This document shows positions 25,099 to 37,879 of a stretch of 64,000 bases of DNA, in pieces; position 1 is the stretch's first letter; the number at the start of each line of letters is the position of its first letter. The notes below the pieces were generated by a model, which made no database searches, had not been told where the DNA came from, and saw only the letters and a list, made by a program, of their open reading frames with translations. The translations under genes were made by a program, and so were the position numbers. This DNA comes from Eledone cirrhosa (Eukaryota), in NCBI GenBank assembly GCA_964016885.1, contig OZ024740.1, positions 46,128,001 through 46,192,000 on the forward strand, in the 5' to 3' direction.

Positions 25099-25099
<1 letters not shown>
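24404..25099. repeat. ~125-135 bp inverted repeats enclosing a hammerhead-like motif and a minus-strand family A SINE (~24764-24946)
   Basis: 24404-24530 is approximately the reverse complement of 24963-25099 (gtatacagacgtacagtagtatgta...gggtttaccgaa...cggtttgtttgta). Confidence 0.8.
24667..24707 (+). ncRNA. Minimal type I hammerhead ribozyme-like motif
   Basis: cggtg-CTGATGA-cagct-aata-agcta-GAAA-ctag-TT-cattg. Stem III is the palindrome ACTAGT and the predicted cleavage triplet is GUU. Confidence 0.65.
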
Positions 25100-25156
<57 letters not shown>

Positions 25157-25173
25157 TATACATAGTATATGTA

Positions 25174-25229
<56 letters not shown>

Positions 25230-25664
25230 CACATGAATCAAAGTTCTGTTCAAACCATTTATTAGCTTACAATTGTTTCGTCCAAACCGAGGTTTGGAGT
25301 TTTCGGAGCAATTTTTCAATGATTGTTTACATACATGACTTCCTTTCCAACACAAGTGACATACAGAAACATATGTATATATCGATGCACAGTGGGGTGA
25401 CACCCATTATAATATTTTAGCATGGCAATTTACATTCAAAAATTAAAATCATATTAAAAGAAAATTTAAACAAAATTAAAGTTAGAATACAACATCGGCA
25501 GTTTACGAAGATAATGCAAGAGGATAGTTTGAAGTAGTTAGTGTATGTAATAGTTACACGTGGGGCATGCACGTGTGTCTTATTTATATAAGATTATTGT
25601 GCGGCAAGGTGTTATATGCAATATATTATATATATATATATAATATAAGTATGTATACGTACAT

Positions 25665-25786
<122 letters not shown>

Positions 25787-26075
25787 TATACATAGTATAT
25801 GTAGTGTATATATATATATATATATAGTATATACATATATATATATATTATATATAGTATATATAGTATATACATATATATATATATATATTATGTATAG
25901 TATATATAGTATATACATATATATATATTATGTATAGTATATATAGTATATACATATAATGCATAGAAATATCCAGGACCCCCAGCAGACAACTGATGAA
26001 GAAAAACTCTCCCGCTCATGCTTTCTTCATATTTTTAAGTATACCTTATCCCGCAACTACACAGCCCCTCTCTTC

Positions 26076-26158
<83 letters not shown>

Positions 26159-26419
26159 GTGTGTGTACTGTATATATGTATTTATCGACTGTATATATGG
26201 TGTATATGAGTTGCGTCGACATTGGTGGTAAGCTGTATCGATCTTTGACTTTCTGTTAGACAACATCGTTGTAGAGGGAAAAGTAACATGCATGGGTGAC
26301 CGTTGGTCTTCCATGAAACAAGTTTGTATTTTGTAAGGGCAGATCTCTTGTCCGTACAAGGTAGGTAACTTCTGATAAATGAAAACACATGAAGATAATT
26401 TATAATAACAATCCATTGG

Positions 26420-26545
26420 ATTGGTAAGAGGCGAATTGGCAGAGTCGTTAGGATGTTAGATAATATTTGTTCCCGCTCTCTGAGTTCAAATCCCGCTGAG
26501 ATCAACTTTATCTTTCATCCTTTCGGGGACGATAAATTTAGTACT
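26420..26545 (+). mobile_element. tRNA-derived SINE related to family A
   Basis: ggcagagtcgttag...ctgagttcaaatcccg...tttcatcctttcgggg. Confidence 0.75.
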
Positions 26546-26884
26546 AATCCAGAGGGTCGATATTTTTCTCTATATCTATTTCTCAGTTGCCATTTCTCTC
26601 TCCTCTCTAGAAGATATCGGCTGTGTTCAGATGAGGAGAAAGGTATGAACTCTGCCAGGTATAAAGATGCCCAAGACATGGATATCTATACCCACCAACC
26701 CAACCCAACCAGGTTAGAAAGAGAGAGGGGCGGTCTCGGCCTTTACTTTTCCTTTGGACAACATTATATAATGTGTACATATCGTGTGTGTATATAATGT
26801 GTATATAGTGTATAAATGAGTTGTGACATCCCTGGTGGCAAGCTGTATCGGAGGCGTGAAGAGGGCAGACAAGTATGCTTGTCT

Positions 26885-27416
26885 TCTATACAAACACCTT
26901 ACCCAGGCCTGTGTCTTGTGTTGGGGTGGAGACTAACCTATGTGTAAACCCCATGGTCATTCTATACAAACACCTTACCCAGGCCTGTGTCTTGTGTTGG
27001 GGTGGAGACTAACCTATGTGTAAACCCCATGGTCATTCTATACAAACACCTTACCCAGGCCTGTGTCTTGTGTTGGGGTGGAGACTAACCTATGTGTAAA
27101 CCCCATGGTCATTCTATACAAACACCTTACCCAGGCCTGTGTCTTGTGTTGGGGTGGAGACTAGCCTATGTGTAAACCCCATGGTCATTCTATACAAACA
27201 CCTTACCCAGGCCTGTGTCTTGTGTTGGGGTGGAGACTAGCCTATATGTAAACCCCATGGTCATTCTATACAAACACCTTACCCAGGCCTGTGTCTTGTG
27301 TTGGGGTGGAGACTAGCCTATGTGTAAACCCCATGGTCATTCTATACAAACACCTTACCCAGGCCTGTGTCTTGTGTTGGGGTGGAGACTAGCCTATATG
27401 TAAACCCCATGGTCAT
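26885..27416. repeat. 76-bp minisatellite, 7 near-identical copies
   Basis: Unit tctatacaaacaccttacccaggcctgtgtcttgtgttggggtggagactaRcctatRtgtaaaccccatggtcat starts at 26885, 26961 and so on to 27341. Confidence 0.97.
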
Positions 27417-27509
27417 TCGTGAGGAAATAAAGAAAGCTCTAGAATATATGCTACACTGATTACCTATTAATAAAAACAGTAATAAAGTGTCTTACTTGAA
27501 TGTCGAAAA

Positions 27510-27745
27510 CGTGGAAGAAGTGAAGCCGTGGAAGTGAAGACGTCGAAGTGAAGACGTCGAAGTGAAGACGTCGAAGTGAAGACGTCAAGAAGTGAAGACG
27601 TGGAAGTGAAGACGTCGAAGAAGTGAAGACGTCGAAGTGAAGACGTCAAGAAGTGAAGACGTCGAAGAAGTGAAGACGTCAAGAAGTGAAGACGTGGAAG
27701 TGAAGACGTCGAAGAAGTGAAGACGTCGAAGTGAAGCCGTGGAGG
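27510..27745. repeat. 14-17 bp minisatellite (GAAGTGAAGACGTC)n
   Basis: Direct read. Confidence 0.95.
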
Positions 27746-27900
27746 AAGTCACAAGAATAGCTGTTGAATAGAATTGGTCAAATTTATATAGTTTTTCATA
27801 GATAGAAAAAAACAAACAAACAAGGCGTGATAATTAGAGCGGTTAAGTACATAACTAATTAACATGCGAATAATTGCATGAAGATGAAAAGAAAATCTCA

Positions 27901-27953
<53 letters not shown>

Positions 27954-28098
27954 ATTATATTTTGTATGATTGATATTTAATATTTCATTTAAAATGTTTT
28001 CTGTTTATTGCTGTAACACGTTTTGTAATTAATGTCCTCAGGTCATTCACATATTTTACATACAACATAAAGAAAACAATATTCTTGTTTTCCACATT

Positions 28099-28478
28099 AC
28101 ATCCACCCACCCACCCATCCACCCATCCATCACCCACCCATCCATCCACCCACCCATCCACCCACCCATCCATCCACCCATCCATCCACCCACCTACCCA
28201 CCCATCCATCCACCCATCCATCCACCCACCCATCCATCACCCACCCATCCAGCCAGCCATACATCCAGCCAGCCAACCACTCATCAATCCCCCCATCCAT
28301 CCACCCACCCACCCATCCATCCACCCATCCACCCATCCACCCACCCACCCATCCATCCACCCATCCATCCACCCACCCATCCATCACCCACCCATCCATC
28401 CAGCCATACAACCAGCCAGCCAACCACTCATCAATCCACCCATCCATCCACCCACCCACCTTCCCATCCATCCACCCA
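28099..28478. repeat. (CCAT/CCAC)n microsatellite with an internal ~147-bp duplication
   Basis: caaccactcatcaatcc occurs at 28274 and 28421. Confidence 0.92.
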
Positions 28479-28932
28479 TGGATGTAGGATGTATCTTTAA
28501 CTCCTGATAGAGTCGATGAGGCACCATGTTGGAGTCTTTTGAAGACGGCCAAGGATAAATATATTTTAAATAAGGTATGGCTGCGTGGTAATTTCGGTTT
28601 CAATGGACAGCAGAATTGATTATATAATCGAGGCTAATAATATGGAGTTTCATAACTGATATCAATTAGTTAATACATCGATAAAATCTTTGTTTATTGT
28701 GCCCTTTGACCATAATAGGTTGAGGAAAATCTGTCAAAACAAGGAACGAGCACCCAGGTGATCTAAGGTCAAAGGAATGCGGTCTCTGTTCAACGATGTG
28801 TGTGTGAAGGATTCGGTCTTATTTGCAAAAGCAAAGAAGGTTTAGTGTCTCACAGAGGACACAAACAGTAAATTGTGAAGTAAAAAGAAAGTAAAATTTG
28901 TTTGTCCTCATGCATCGAACACGACGAGTGTT

Positions 28933-28978
<46 letters not shown>

Positions 28979-29287
28979 GAAAGGAATGACTTCACTTGTA
29001 GTTCTAAACAATAACGACAACAGCCGACCAACTAGAACAACAATCCTGTTTCGGGACTGGTGAAGATAGATAGATACATACACACACATACATTATAAAA
29101 TTAAATCAAATTGCTTAGAACTACAAGTGAAGTCATTCTTTTCCTTTTTTAAATATATCTAACTGTACCAACGATTTCACACATATATCTATATATATAT
29201 ATATATACATATATATATACATATATATACATATATATATACTTATATATACGCACATATATATATATATGTGTGTGTAGTGTGTGT

Positions 29288-29357
<70 letters not shown>

Positions 29358-29892
29358 AAGAAATATCGTCTTTTATAAAAACAATATAAAAAGATTATAA
29401 AGATAGGTGGAGAAGTCAAACACAGCGCAAAATAGAGTAATTTATTATAAAAGCAATACAATAAGCTATGTATCATGCATACCCCATTGAAAGAAGTTTT
29501 CAAAAAGGTATGTATACAAAATCCTATTGTGCTAAAAATAACAATTACACTAGAAGCAAATTCTTTATTAAAATAGACACCAAATACAATTAATACATTA
29601 AATAGTGATTTACGAACGTTTCGTCCCCTTCCTAGGACTTTTCAAAACTAGTTATTTAATAACAAACCATCATTATAATCTCATTTTGTTGTTCAACTAC
29701 AGAAATACAACGTCAAACGACTCTAGCACACTACTATAGAAACTAATTTTTTTAAATGAATTATATGATAAATATAAGAGAAAAATATAAGCTTGATAGA
29801 AATGGCTAAAAAATATTATAAAAGAAAAATAAAGATATAAACGTATAAATACACACACACATACACAAATACAGATATATACATACACGAGG

Positions 29893-29970
<78 letters not shown>

Positions 29971-30036
29971 TATATATATATATACACACATACATTCACC
30001 TCAACCTACATACACACACGCTTATATATATACACG

Positions 30037-30070
<34 letters not shown>

Positions 30071-30483
30071 TATATGTACATAAATAACATACATACACGT
30101 ATATATAGAAATATACACCCACTTATACAGACATAAAAATATAAAAACATACATAATCACATACAAATACATACGCTCATATACATATATGTACAAATCC
30201 GTGTGTATATACATATATATATATATACATATGTATACACATACATATACACACCCACATATAAAAATACAAATATACTTACACACTACTACCCTTACAG
30301 TCATATAAAAAAAATACATATACATATAAATATAAAAAACTATATATATACACACACATACAAATAAAAATATAAATTAAAAAAATACATATATAGAATA
30401 AAAAGTGGTAAGCCCACACATACAAAAATTAACATTCACATAGAAGAAAAAGGTATACATAAATATATATAGACACACACAGA

Positions 30484-30574
<91 letters not shown>

Positions 30575-30580
<6 letters not shown>

Positions 30581-30795
30581 TGGAGTAGGACAGAACAAAG
30601 GAAAGACACACAAAATAAAAATGAGTCACTGAGGAGGTCACAGAATGTGTGACGAAAGCGCTTTGAGAATATATAAACAACCTTCCGGTTATCGAACCAA
30701 CCAGCCAACCGGAAATTTATAATATAATAAATTGAAGTGAAAACCAACGGGTGGTGTCTGTTTTTATTGACAACATGACCCTCCCAAAGTATAGC
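30575..30795 (+). mobile_element. pLTR-like repeat with a hammerhead-like motif (30625-30667)
   Basis: Homologous to 11170-11375. gtca-CTGAGGA-g-gtcaca-gaatg-tgtgac-GAAA-gcgc-TT-tgag has a perfect stem II and palindromic AGCGCT stem III. Confidence 0.75.
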
Positions 30796-30797
30796 AA

Positions 30798-30863
<66 letters not shown>

Positions 30864-30879
30864 TACATAAGGGGGGAGG

Positions 30880-31965
30880 GGGTCCAAAGAGAACATATTT
30901 TTAGTCAGGCTCCTTAATTTTATAATAAAATGAGAAAAGTGTTTTATATTGACAAAAAGGAATAATTCCATTTTTACTATTTAATAAATTTAAATTGAAG
31001 GTTAAAATTTCAATCGCCTCGGTTAAACAAAGATTACACTTGGATCTTTCGCTTATATGGCCTTTCAGTATTAATTAGAGACCATTTAATATTATAATTA
31101 ATCTTATCTTCCTTAAGGGACCAGACTAATTTTGCCAGAGAAGTTGTATTTTTCAGCTTCTTGTTTTTAAAAGAATGAGTATGAGCATAGAATCTAGTTT
31201 TGAATTTAGTGGCAGTAGCACCTATATAATTAAAACAATTATCCCTAGTTGAAACCTCATATCTATAAATAACATTAGTTTAAAGATATTTACCTCCAAA
31301 TGGATAATTATTAGGAATTCTACAATTACATTCAGTCACTAAAGGTTAACTTTACCTTTCATCCTTACGGGGTCAATAAAATAAAGTATCAGTTATGCAC
31401 TGGGATAATTGCTGGCTTTGTGCCAAAAGTAGAAACAATTATTGAATATACCCCTGTTATGATCACTACCAGCAAAGATGTTAGTGGTATACCTAGTTTT
31501 ATCAAGATCACTAAAATCAGTATCGATTCTAGAAGCCCTACTATTGATTTGGGTATTTACATTGTTGTTAACAATATTATCATTGTTCCAAGTATCAATA
31601 CCACTACCATTGAGAATGTAATTATTACCAAGATTAGTGAGTGTTTCATTTGCGATATTAAGAGTAGAAATACATTCATTAAGAGTATTATTGTCAACCA
31701 GGATATTATTGCTATTAGTATTATTAGTGGAACTAATACCTATACTATTTGTAGAGGGTCCAGTTTTAGTTAAAGATCTACCATTTATTCTAAAGGAATT
31801 AAGTTTCTTTTTATTGTTCATTGCTATGTAGTCTGCCAAATTAGGGGTAGTAGGAAAGAATAATTTCACATTATTTTTATTTAATATCTTATAATATCTA
31901 TGGCTGGGAGGAAAATTCCTATCCACTATATCAAAGAATAACTTAGGTATATTAGAAGCGACCAT
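30880..31965 (-). mobile_element. PLE C-terminal remnant (linker + GIY-YIG) interrupted by a SINE fragment (~31340-31442, +)
   Basis: NIPKLFFDIVDRNFPPSHRYYKILNKNNVKL...TPNL, then CNCRIPNNYPFGGKYL*TNVIYRYEV...YIGATATKFKTRFYAHTHSF. Confidence 0.85.
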
Positions 31966-32034
31966 ATATATATATATGTATGTTTGTGTATGTATATATA
32001 TATATATATTTACAATATGTAGAGAAGATAACAC

Positions 32035-32089
<55 letters not shown>

Positions 32090-32284
32090 GGAGAGAGAGA
32101 GAGATAGTGTGCCACCAGTCAAACAGGGAAAAACCACCAGTGTATGGAATCTATAGCCCATGGAAGGCAAAGTAGACATACAATAATTAAAAGTATAAAT
32201 CAAAGTGCAAATACGTACCTTGATAACTATCTAACACACACGTACAAATCAAAATGGCGAGAGTCTATGGCTCCGTTAATTTAT

Positions 32285-32325
<41 letters not shown>

Positions 32326-32327
<2 letters not shown>

Positions 32328-32436
32328 AAACTGTTTAATCGCGACGGCAGAGCTCAAGCCGTTTAGATGGTTATTTCTGGTCCAGAAATAGCCGTCGAAA
32401 CGGCTTGAGCTCTGCCGTCGGGGTTAAACATTTTCC
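32326..32436. mobile_element. 111-bp near-perfect palindrome (hairpin MITE) flanked by TA
   Basis: ggaaactgtttaa..cgacggcagagctcaagccgttt..tatttctgg-t-ccagaaata..aaacggcttgagctctgccgtcg..ttaaacattttcc. Confidence 0.8.
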
Positions 32437-32515
32437 TATTACCCACTCTACTACCCTAAGTATTGAGTACTCTGGTGCGTTATGGTCCATCTGGTTCCTT
32501 ACCACACTTCCTTCG

Positions 32516-32600
<85 letters not shown>

Positions 32601-33198
32601 TAAATATATATATATATATATATATACATATATTTAAAAAAAGGAAAAGAGTTATAATCTTCGTCAACACTGCTTCACACCCAAATATCTCATATATAGA
32701 GTCACACATCACAACACAACCTGATCTCAGTTTGACAATCGCCACCGTCGAATGCAAGAAAGTTCTCCAGGAAAGTTAACCAGGAATATTTTTAAATCTT
32801 CCCAACGAAGTTAACAAAGAACTTACTAGATCTACCAAATCATAATATTATAAAATTAAATCAAATTTTTTAGAACTACAAGTGAAGTCATTCTTTTCCT
32901 TTTTTTAAATATACCTAACTGTACCAAGGATTTCACACATTTTCCAATATATATATATATATATGAATTAAAAAATAGAGCAAGAAGCCAGGACTAACCA
33001 TCATCAGTGATCTTCTGGCCATCATAGGTATTTCTTCGCATTAAAGACCAGATACCTCAGGCCAGCGCGAACAGTAACTAAAATAAGTTATTGGGATAAA
33101 AAGAATTGGGTGGAGAAAGAGAGACATGTAAACAAACAAGAATGGTGAGGCAACGCAAAGAGTGGAAAAATGAGAAAACAAGATATATATACACACAC

Positions 33199-33241
<43 letters not shown>

Positions 33242-33246
<5 letters not shown>

Positions 33247-33824
33247 AGGAAAAGCGAAGTAGTTTCAGATGTTCAAGTCTTTTAATAATAATTGTTTCTA
33301 CTATTGGCACAAGGCCAGAAAATTACCCAGTACATTACTGGTACTTTATTTTATCGACCCCGTAAGGATGAAAGGCAAAGTTAACCTCTTTTAAAGTCTT
33401 TTAATAATAATGCTGTGATATATATTTCAATGGCGACAGTGGTCACACTGTACCGTGCGCCAATGCCGCGACATCGTCAGACAGCTTGTTACATAATAAG
33501 GTTATGTTTCCGAGGCAATTTCGTTGAAATCTGCGGTAGCTAATGGTCAACTTCCTTCGGACCTGCGCCTGCGCAGACCGGTGGGAGTGAATTGGTACTC
33601 ACAAGGGAACGGATGAAGACCCCAAGAGCACACACTTCGTCCGTTCCCATGTCGATTCAATTTGGATTGCCTCGGAAACATAACCTTATTATGTTACAAG
33701 CTTTCTGACGATGTCGCGGCACTGGCGCACGGTACAGTGCGGCCACTGTCGCCATTGAAATATATATCACAGCATTATTATTAAAAGACTTGAACATCTG
33801 AAACTACTTCGCTTTTCCTTATTC
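33242..33824. mobile_element. Foldback/MITE with ~170-bp TIRs; the left TIR is split by a SINE fragment with an 18-bp TSD
   Basis: Left arm (33242-33291 plus 33413-33530) is the reverse complement of ~33653-33824. aagtcttttaataataat is duplicated at 33274 and 33395 around the minus-strand SINE piece. Confidence 0.88.
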
Positions 33825-33900
33825 GATATTTACTCCGTCACTCCTATGTGGAATAAGTACGTTGAGTGCTTGAATTGAATTGCATCAATGTTTACCCTAA

Positions 33901-34055
<155 letters not shown>

Positions 34056-34179
34056 TGAGGACGACGGATTTATACTCACACTCGACTAAATTCCACTCAT
34101 ATACTATTGCTATGTCCAAGATTGCACTCCCCCACTCACAAACGATTGATGCGTCCTAGACTACACATCCCTAACTCAC

Positions 34180-36543
34180 TGTAGTGACCTACATTCCGCG
34201 GGTTCACTTACATTCTCTGTGCGTGATTTGGCTCAGCTTAGCCAATCAGCGCCAGTAGAAGAGGATGTATTCCTACGCGTCCTGAGAGAGAAATTACCCG
34301 CAAAGATTTGAGGGATCTCACTCTTCCAGCTCGACCGTGCCAACTACTTTTCTTTCGCCGTGAAATCACTAGCCAATATGTAACACAACAATTTAACCAC
34401 GCCTGGCAACACCTAACAGCCAGTAGCCCGTGTCTTTCTGAAATCTTAATTCGTTTGTTTTATTTCTCTTGGCATGCCAGCTCAACCTTTGTTAATAAAT
34501 AATGTAAAAACAAGCTAAAGTCGTTGTCAATATTCCTCTCATATCTTTCTACCAAAGATGGTTCCTCGTGGCAACATTACAACTTCTAAATACACTTTCC
34601 TGCTAAACTGGTGACCGACGTAAGAATTTTACGCAGCCTTTTTGTTCAATGCAACTAATGAAAATACAAAATATCCCTTTTAAAATTGTAAAAAAATTAG
34701 CAGTATTTCAAAAACTTTTCGCCACGAGGAAATTTCAAAATGGCTACCGACAAGTCCTGTCTACAATCAACAACGACAACAGCTGCAGCAGCGGCAGCGA
34801 CAACATTGTTTAGCCACTAACCAACAACAGGGAATAGTGAGATGGCAGCTTCATAGCCTTACCGACGCAAACCACCACACATCATATTGTTGACTTCCAC
34901 GCTTTCACCTGTTCTATCGTCTCTACCGTTTAAAAAGAGAAAAAAGTAAAATATGGAAGTAGTTTTTTTTTTTTAAAAAGAACAACACGTGGTTTAACTT
35001 ACCACAAGGACTCGAGAAATTAAGACATTAGTTTTCTCACCATTATGGCGTCAGACGTGGCTGCCATGTTGGTGACTCTGGGTTCTTCAACGCTCGACTT
35101 CGACTCCACGGAAGATTCATTGTGACTTTGCTTTGACAACAACAACTCTGCTAGCTCCCTAGTAAGAGCGATCCCAAAGAAAAAAGAAGCGAACTTTTTG
35201 TTGAGAGAGAAGAAACAATTCTTTCTTCCTTTTTTTTTTCAGGTATTTATTTTGGACATTTATTTTTTTTAAACTGTGTTATATGAAAATTCATTTCTCT
35301 CTATCATTGTATATGTGACCGCACGCACACATTTTCTTTGCTGTATTACATGCCTGCATATATACACACACCAACATGTTGTTGTCTATAGTATGTGATC
35401 TTCGAGCGTCGTAATATTCTGCGAGATCCCTTTTCACCTTCTGGAGGTACCAAAACATGCTGTCGACACTTGCAGCTTAATTCACCTGCACCGCAACACG
35501 AGAATGCTAATTGCAGCTGAACTCAAACAGTTTCGCATCTCGTTGCACATTCATCGTCCATAACAACCTCTATCTTGTTATCTTGCCCAACTCACCGGGA
35601 AAACAACAAATAGAACTGGACTTGTCAGCATTTCCACCACTTCTGTGGATTCGCCCGAATTATGGAACTGCAACCCACCTACAGATTCAGCTTGCTTTTT
35701 TTCTTATCAAAGCAACCAGCCATTTTTTCCTGGCTCCCTAGCACATTCGGCAATACATCTGGGAGGCCAACATTTTCTCGCCTACCCATCATCTTCTTGC
35801 CAGCACTGGTAAACTACCATAATAGCTTCATCCACAGCTACTGGTACAACACTTACCATTAACATTTAATGCAAGAACAGCAACTTCGCCCATGTCAGAC
35901 TTTATCCGTTTTCTGTTGGACCTTTGGTGGTCACGTATAAACTACAAAACAGCTAGTCATTTGACACAGCGGCTCAACACGGCCCCTAGCGCCTCATTTT
36001 TTTCTTGCATGCATCCTTTGCTCAATTATTTTTTCACTGATGTGCTCTTTCAGCATTTGTTCTTGCTGATTCAATAATCTGTATCGACTACCGTCTAGAA
36101 GTGGGGTATTGTAGTGACCTACATTCCGCGGGCTCACATACATTCTCTGTGCGTGATTTGGCTCAGCTTAGCCAATCAGCTAAAGAAGAGGATGTATCCC
36201 TACGCGTCCTGAGAGAGAAATTACCCGCAAAGATTTGAGGGATCTCTCTCTTCCAGCTCGACCGTGCCAAGGAAAACAACTACTTTTCTTTCGCCGTGAA
36301 ATCACTAGCCAATATGTAACACAACAATTTAACCACGCCTGGCAACACCTAACAGCCAGTAGCCCGTGTTTTTCTGAAATCTTAATTCGTTTGTTTTATT
36401 TCTCTTGGCATGCCAGCTCAACCTTTGTTAATAAATAATGTAAAAACAAGCTAAAGTCGTTGTCAATATTCCTATCATATCTTTCTACCAAAGATGGTTC
36501 CTCGTGGCAACATTACAACTTCTAAATACACTTTCCTGCTAAA
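34180..36543 (+). mobile_element. Non-autonomous LTR retrotransposon (probably Ty3/Gypsy-derived), LTRs 34180-34607 and 36110-36543
   Basis: Two ~430-bp direct repeats (TGTAG...CTAAA), a 4-bp TSD TCAC (34176-34179 and 36544-36547), PBS tggtgaccgacgt at 34609 and PPT agaagtgggg before the 3' LTR. No gag/pol ORF is visible. Confidence 0.92.
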
Positions 36544-36924
36544 TCACAAACCATTGATATGTCCAAGACAACATTCCCCACTATTCATAAACCATTGGTG
36601 TGTCCGAAACTACACTCCCCACTCTATGTAGCTTACACTGGAATCGATCGCAGAATCGTGTGGTTACGAAGCAAATATGTACATTTTAAAAATATGGTTT
36701 CTTATTTAATAATTAATAACAATCATATTTGAAGATGATTGTAATTGAACTGTTAGTAAATAATTAAAACTAACCACTTTGTAATTAGATTGCAGTCAAA
36801 CGTTCTTAATGACATTAATAATTGTAAAAAAAATAAAACTGGAAAGCTTGTCACTTGTTAGAAATAGCAATCAAATCTATGTTGAAGCACATCTTTTATA
36901 TGCAAACTCTGTCTGTTCCGACAA

Positions 36925-37190
36925 TTAGTGTTCCAGTTGATTTGGTTAATGCAACAGCTAGCTCATGAAATTAACGTGTAAGTGACAGAACATTCCACAG
37001 ACACGTGTACCTTTAACATTGTTCTCAAGAAGATTCTGAGTGACATTGTTCATGACAAGGCTGGACAATTGAATTAAAGGTACAATTCATTTTTACTAGT
37101 TGAGTGAACTGGAGCAGCGCGAAATAATGTGTCTCTCTCTCAAGGATACAACGCATCGAACACTCTAATCACAAAGCCACATGCCTTCAT
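36925..37190 (-). mobile_element. SINE sharing the family B central block
   Basis: ttgagtgaactggagcagcgcgaaataatgtgtct...caagga is a diverged reverse complement of the 14910-14958 block. Confidence 0.6.
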
Positions 37191-37879
37191 CGAAGCAAAT
37201 AGGATAGAATGGATATTGTAATCTGAAAAAAAGGGTCGAGGGGCATTCATGGTTTAACTGAAACAATACAACAACATTGGCGTTCCTGCCCTCCATATCC
37301 CCTCCTTACGCCCTGTTATCGGGTCGCAGATAACCAACTATAGAAGTCAGCCCTGCCATTTGGAATAGCTATTTCAGCTATATTCCGTGGTATTACTTTC
37401 TTCATTCTGCCTGCTGTAACCTACGTGGCGGCTTGTGCCTGGGTTCTACACGGCAGAGAGCGTTCTCCCACATTGTTTTGGCATGTATCTTTGGAATAGC
37501 GATGGTATAAGGGTGCTGAAATCTACGTCTTAACATGCATATATATAGACATGCATACATACAAGATGGCTGCCCTCTCGTTATCGAGTATGGCCATTGC
37601 ACGATATAACATTATTAATAATTATCAATTAATGCTATCATGCAATGCCTGTGAGTGAAGATTTTAAAGTGAGGAAAGACTGTGCACTGAACCAATTCCA
37701 CTCTCTGAGCGACAGTAGCTATAACCCGAAAAGAAGAAAAGATCAACATCATCGGTAACTACTGAGCCACAGGTTTTATATCGGAGTTGCCTTCTCCTAG
37801 AAGAATGCCCTGACAAAGTGGTTTAACTGCGGGATCGGGTATCCAGCCCGATTATTTCTACATACATACATACATACAT

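Noticed and set aside
26885-27416. CRISPR-like repeat
   Set aside because: The 76-bp units are fully tandem, without spacers.
28480-28920. Possible minus-strand PLE GIY-YIG tail
   Set aside because: The resemblance is faint and too degenerate to support without an alignment.
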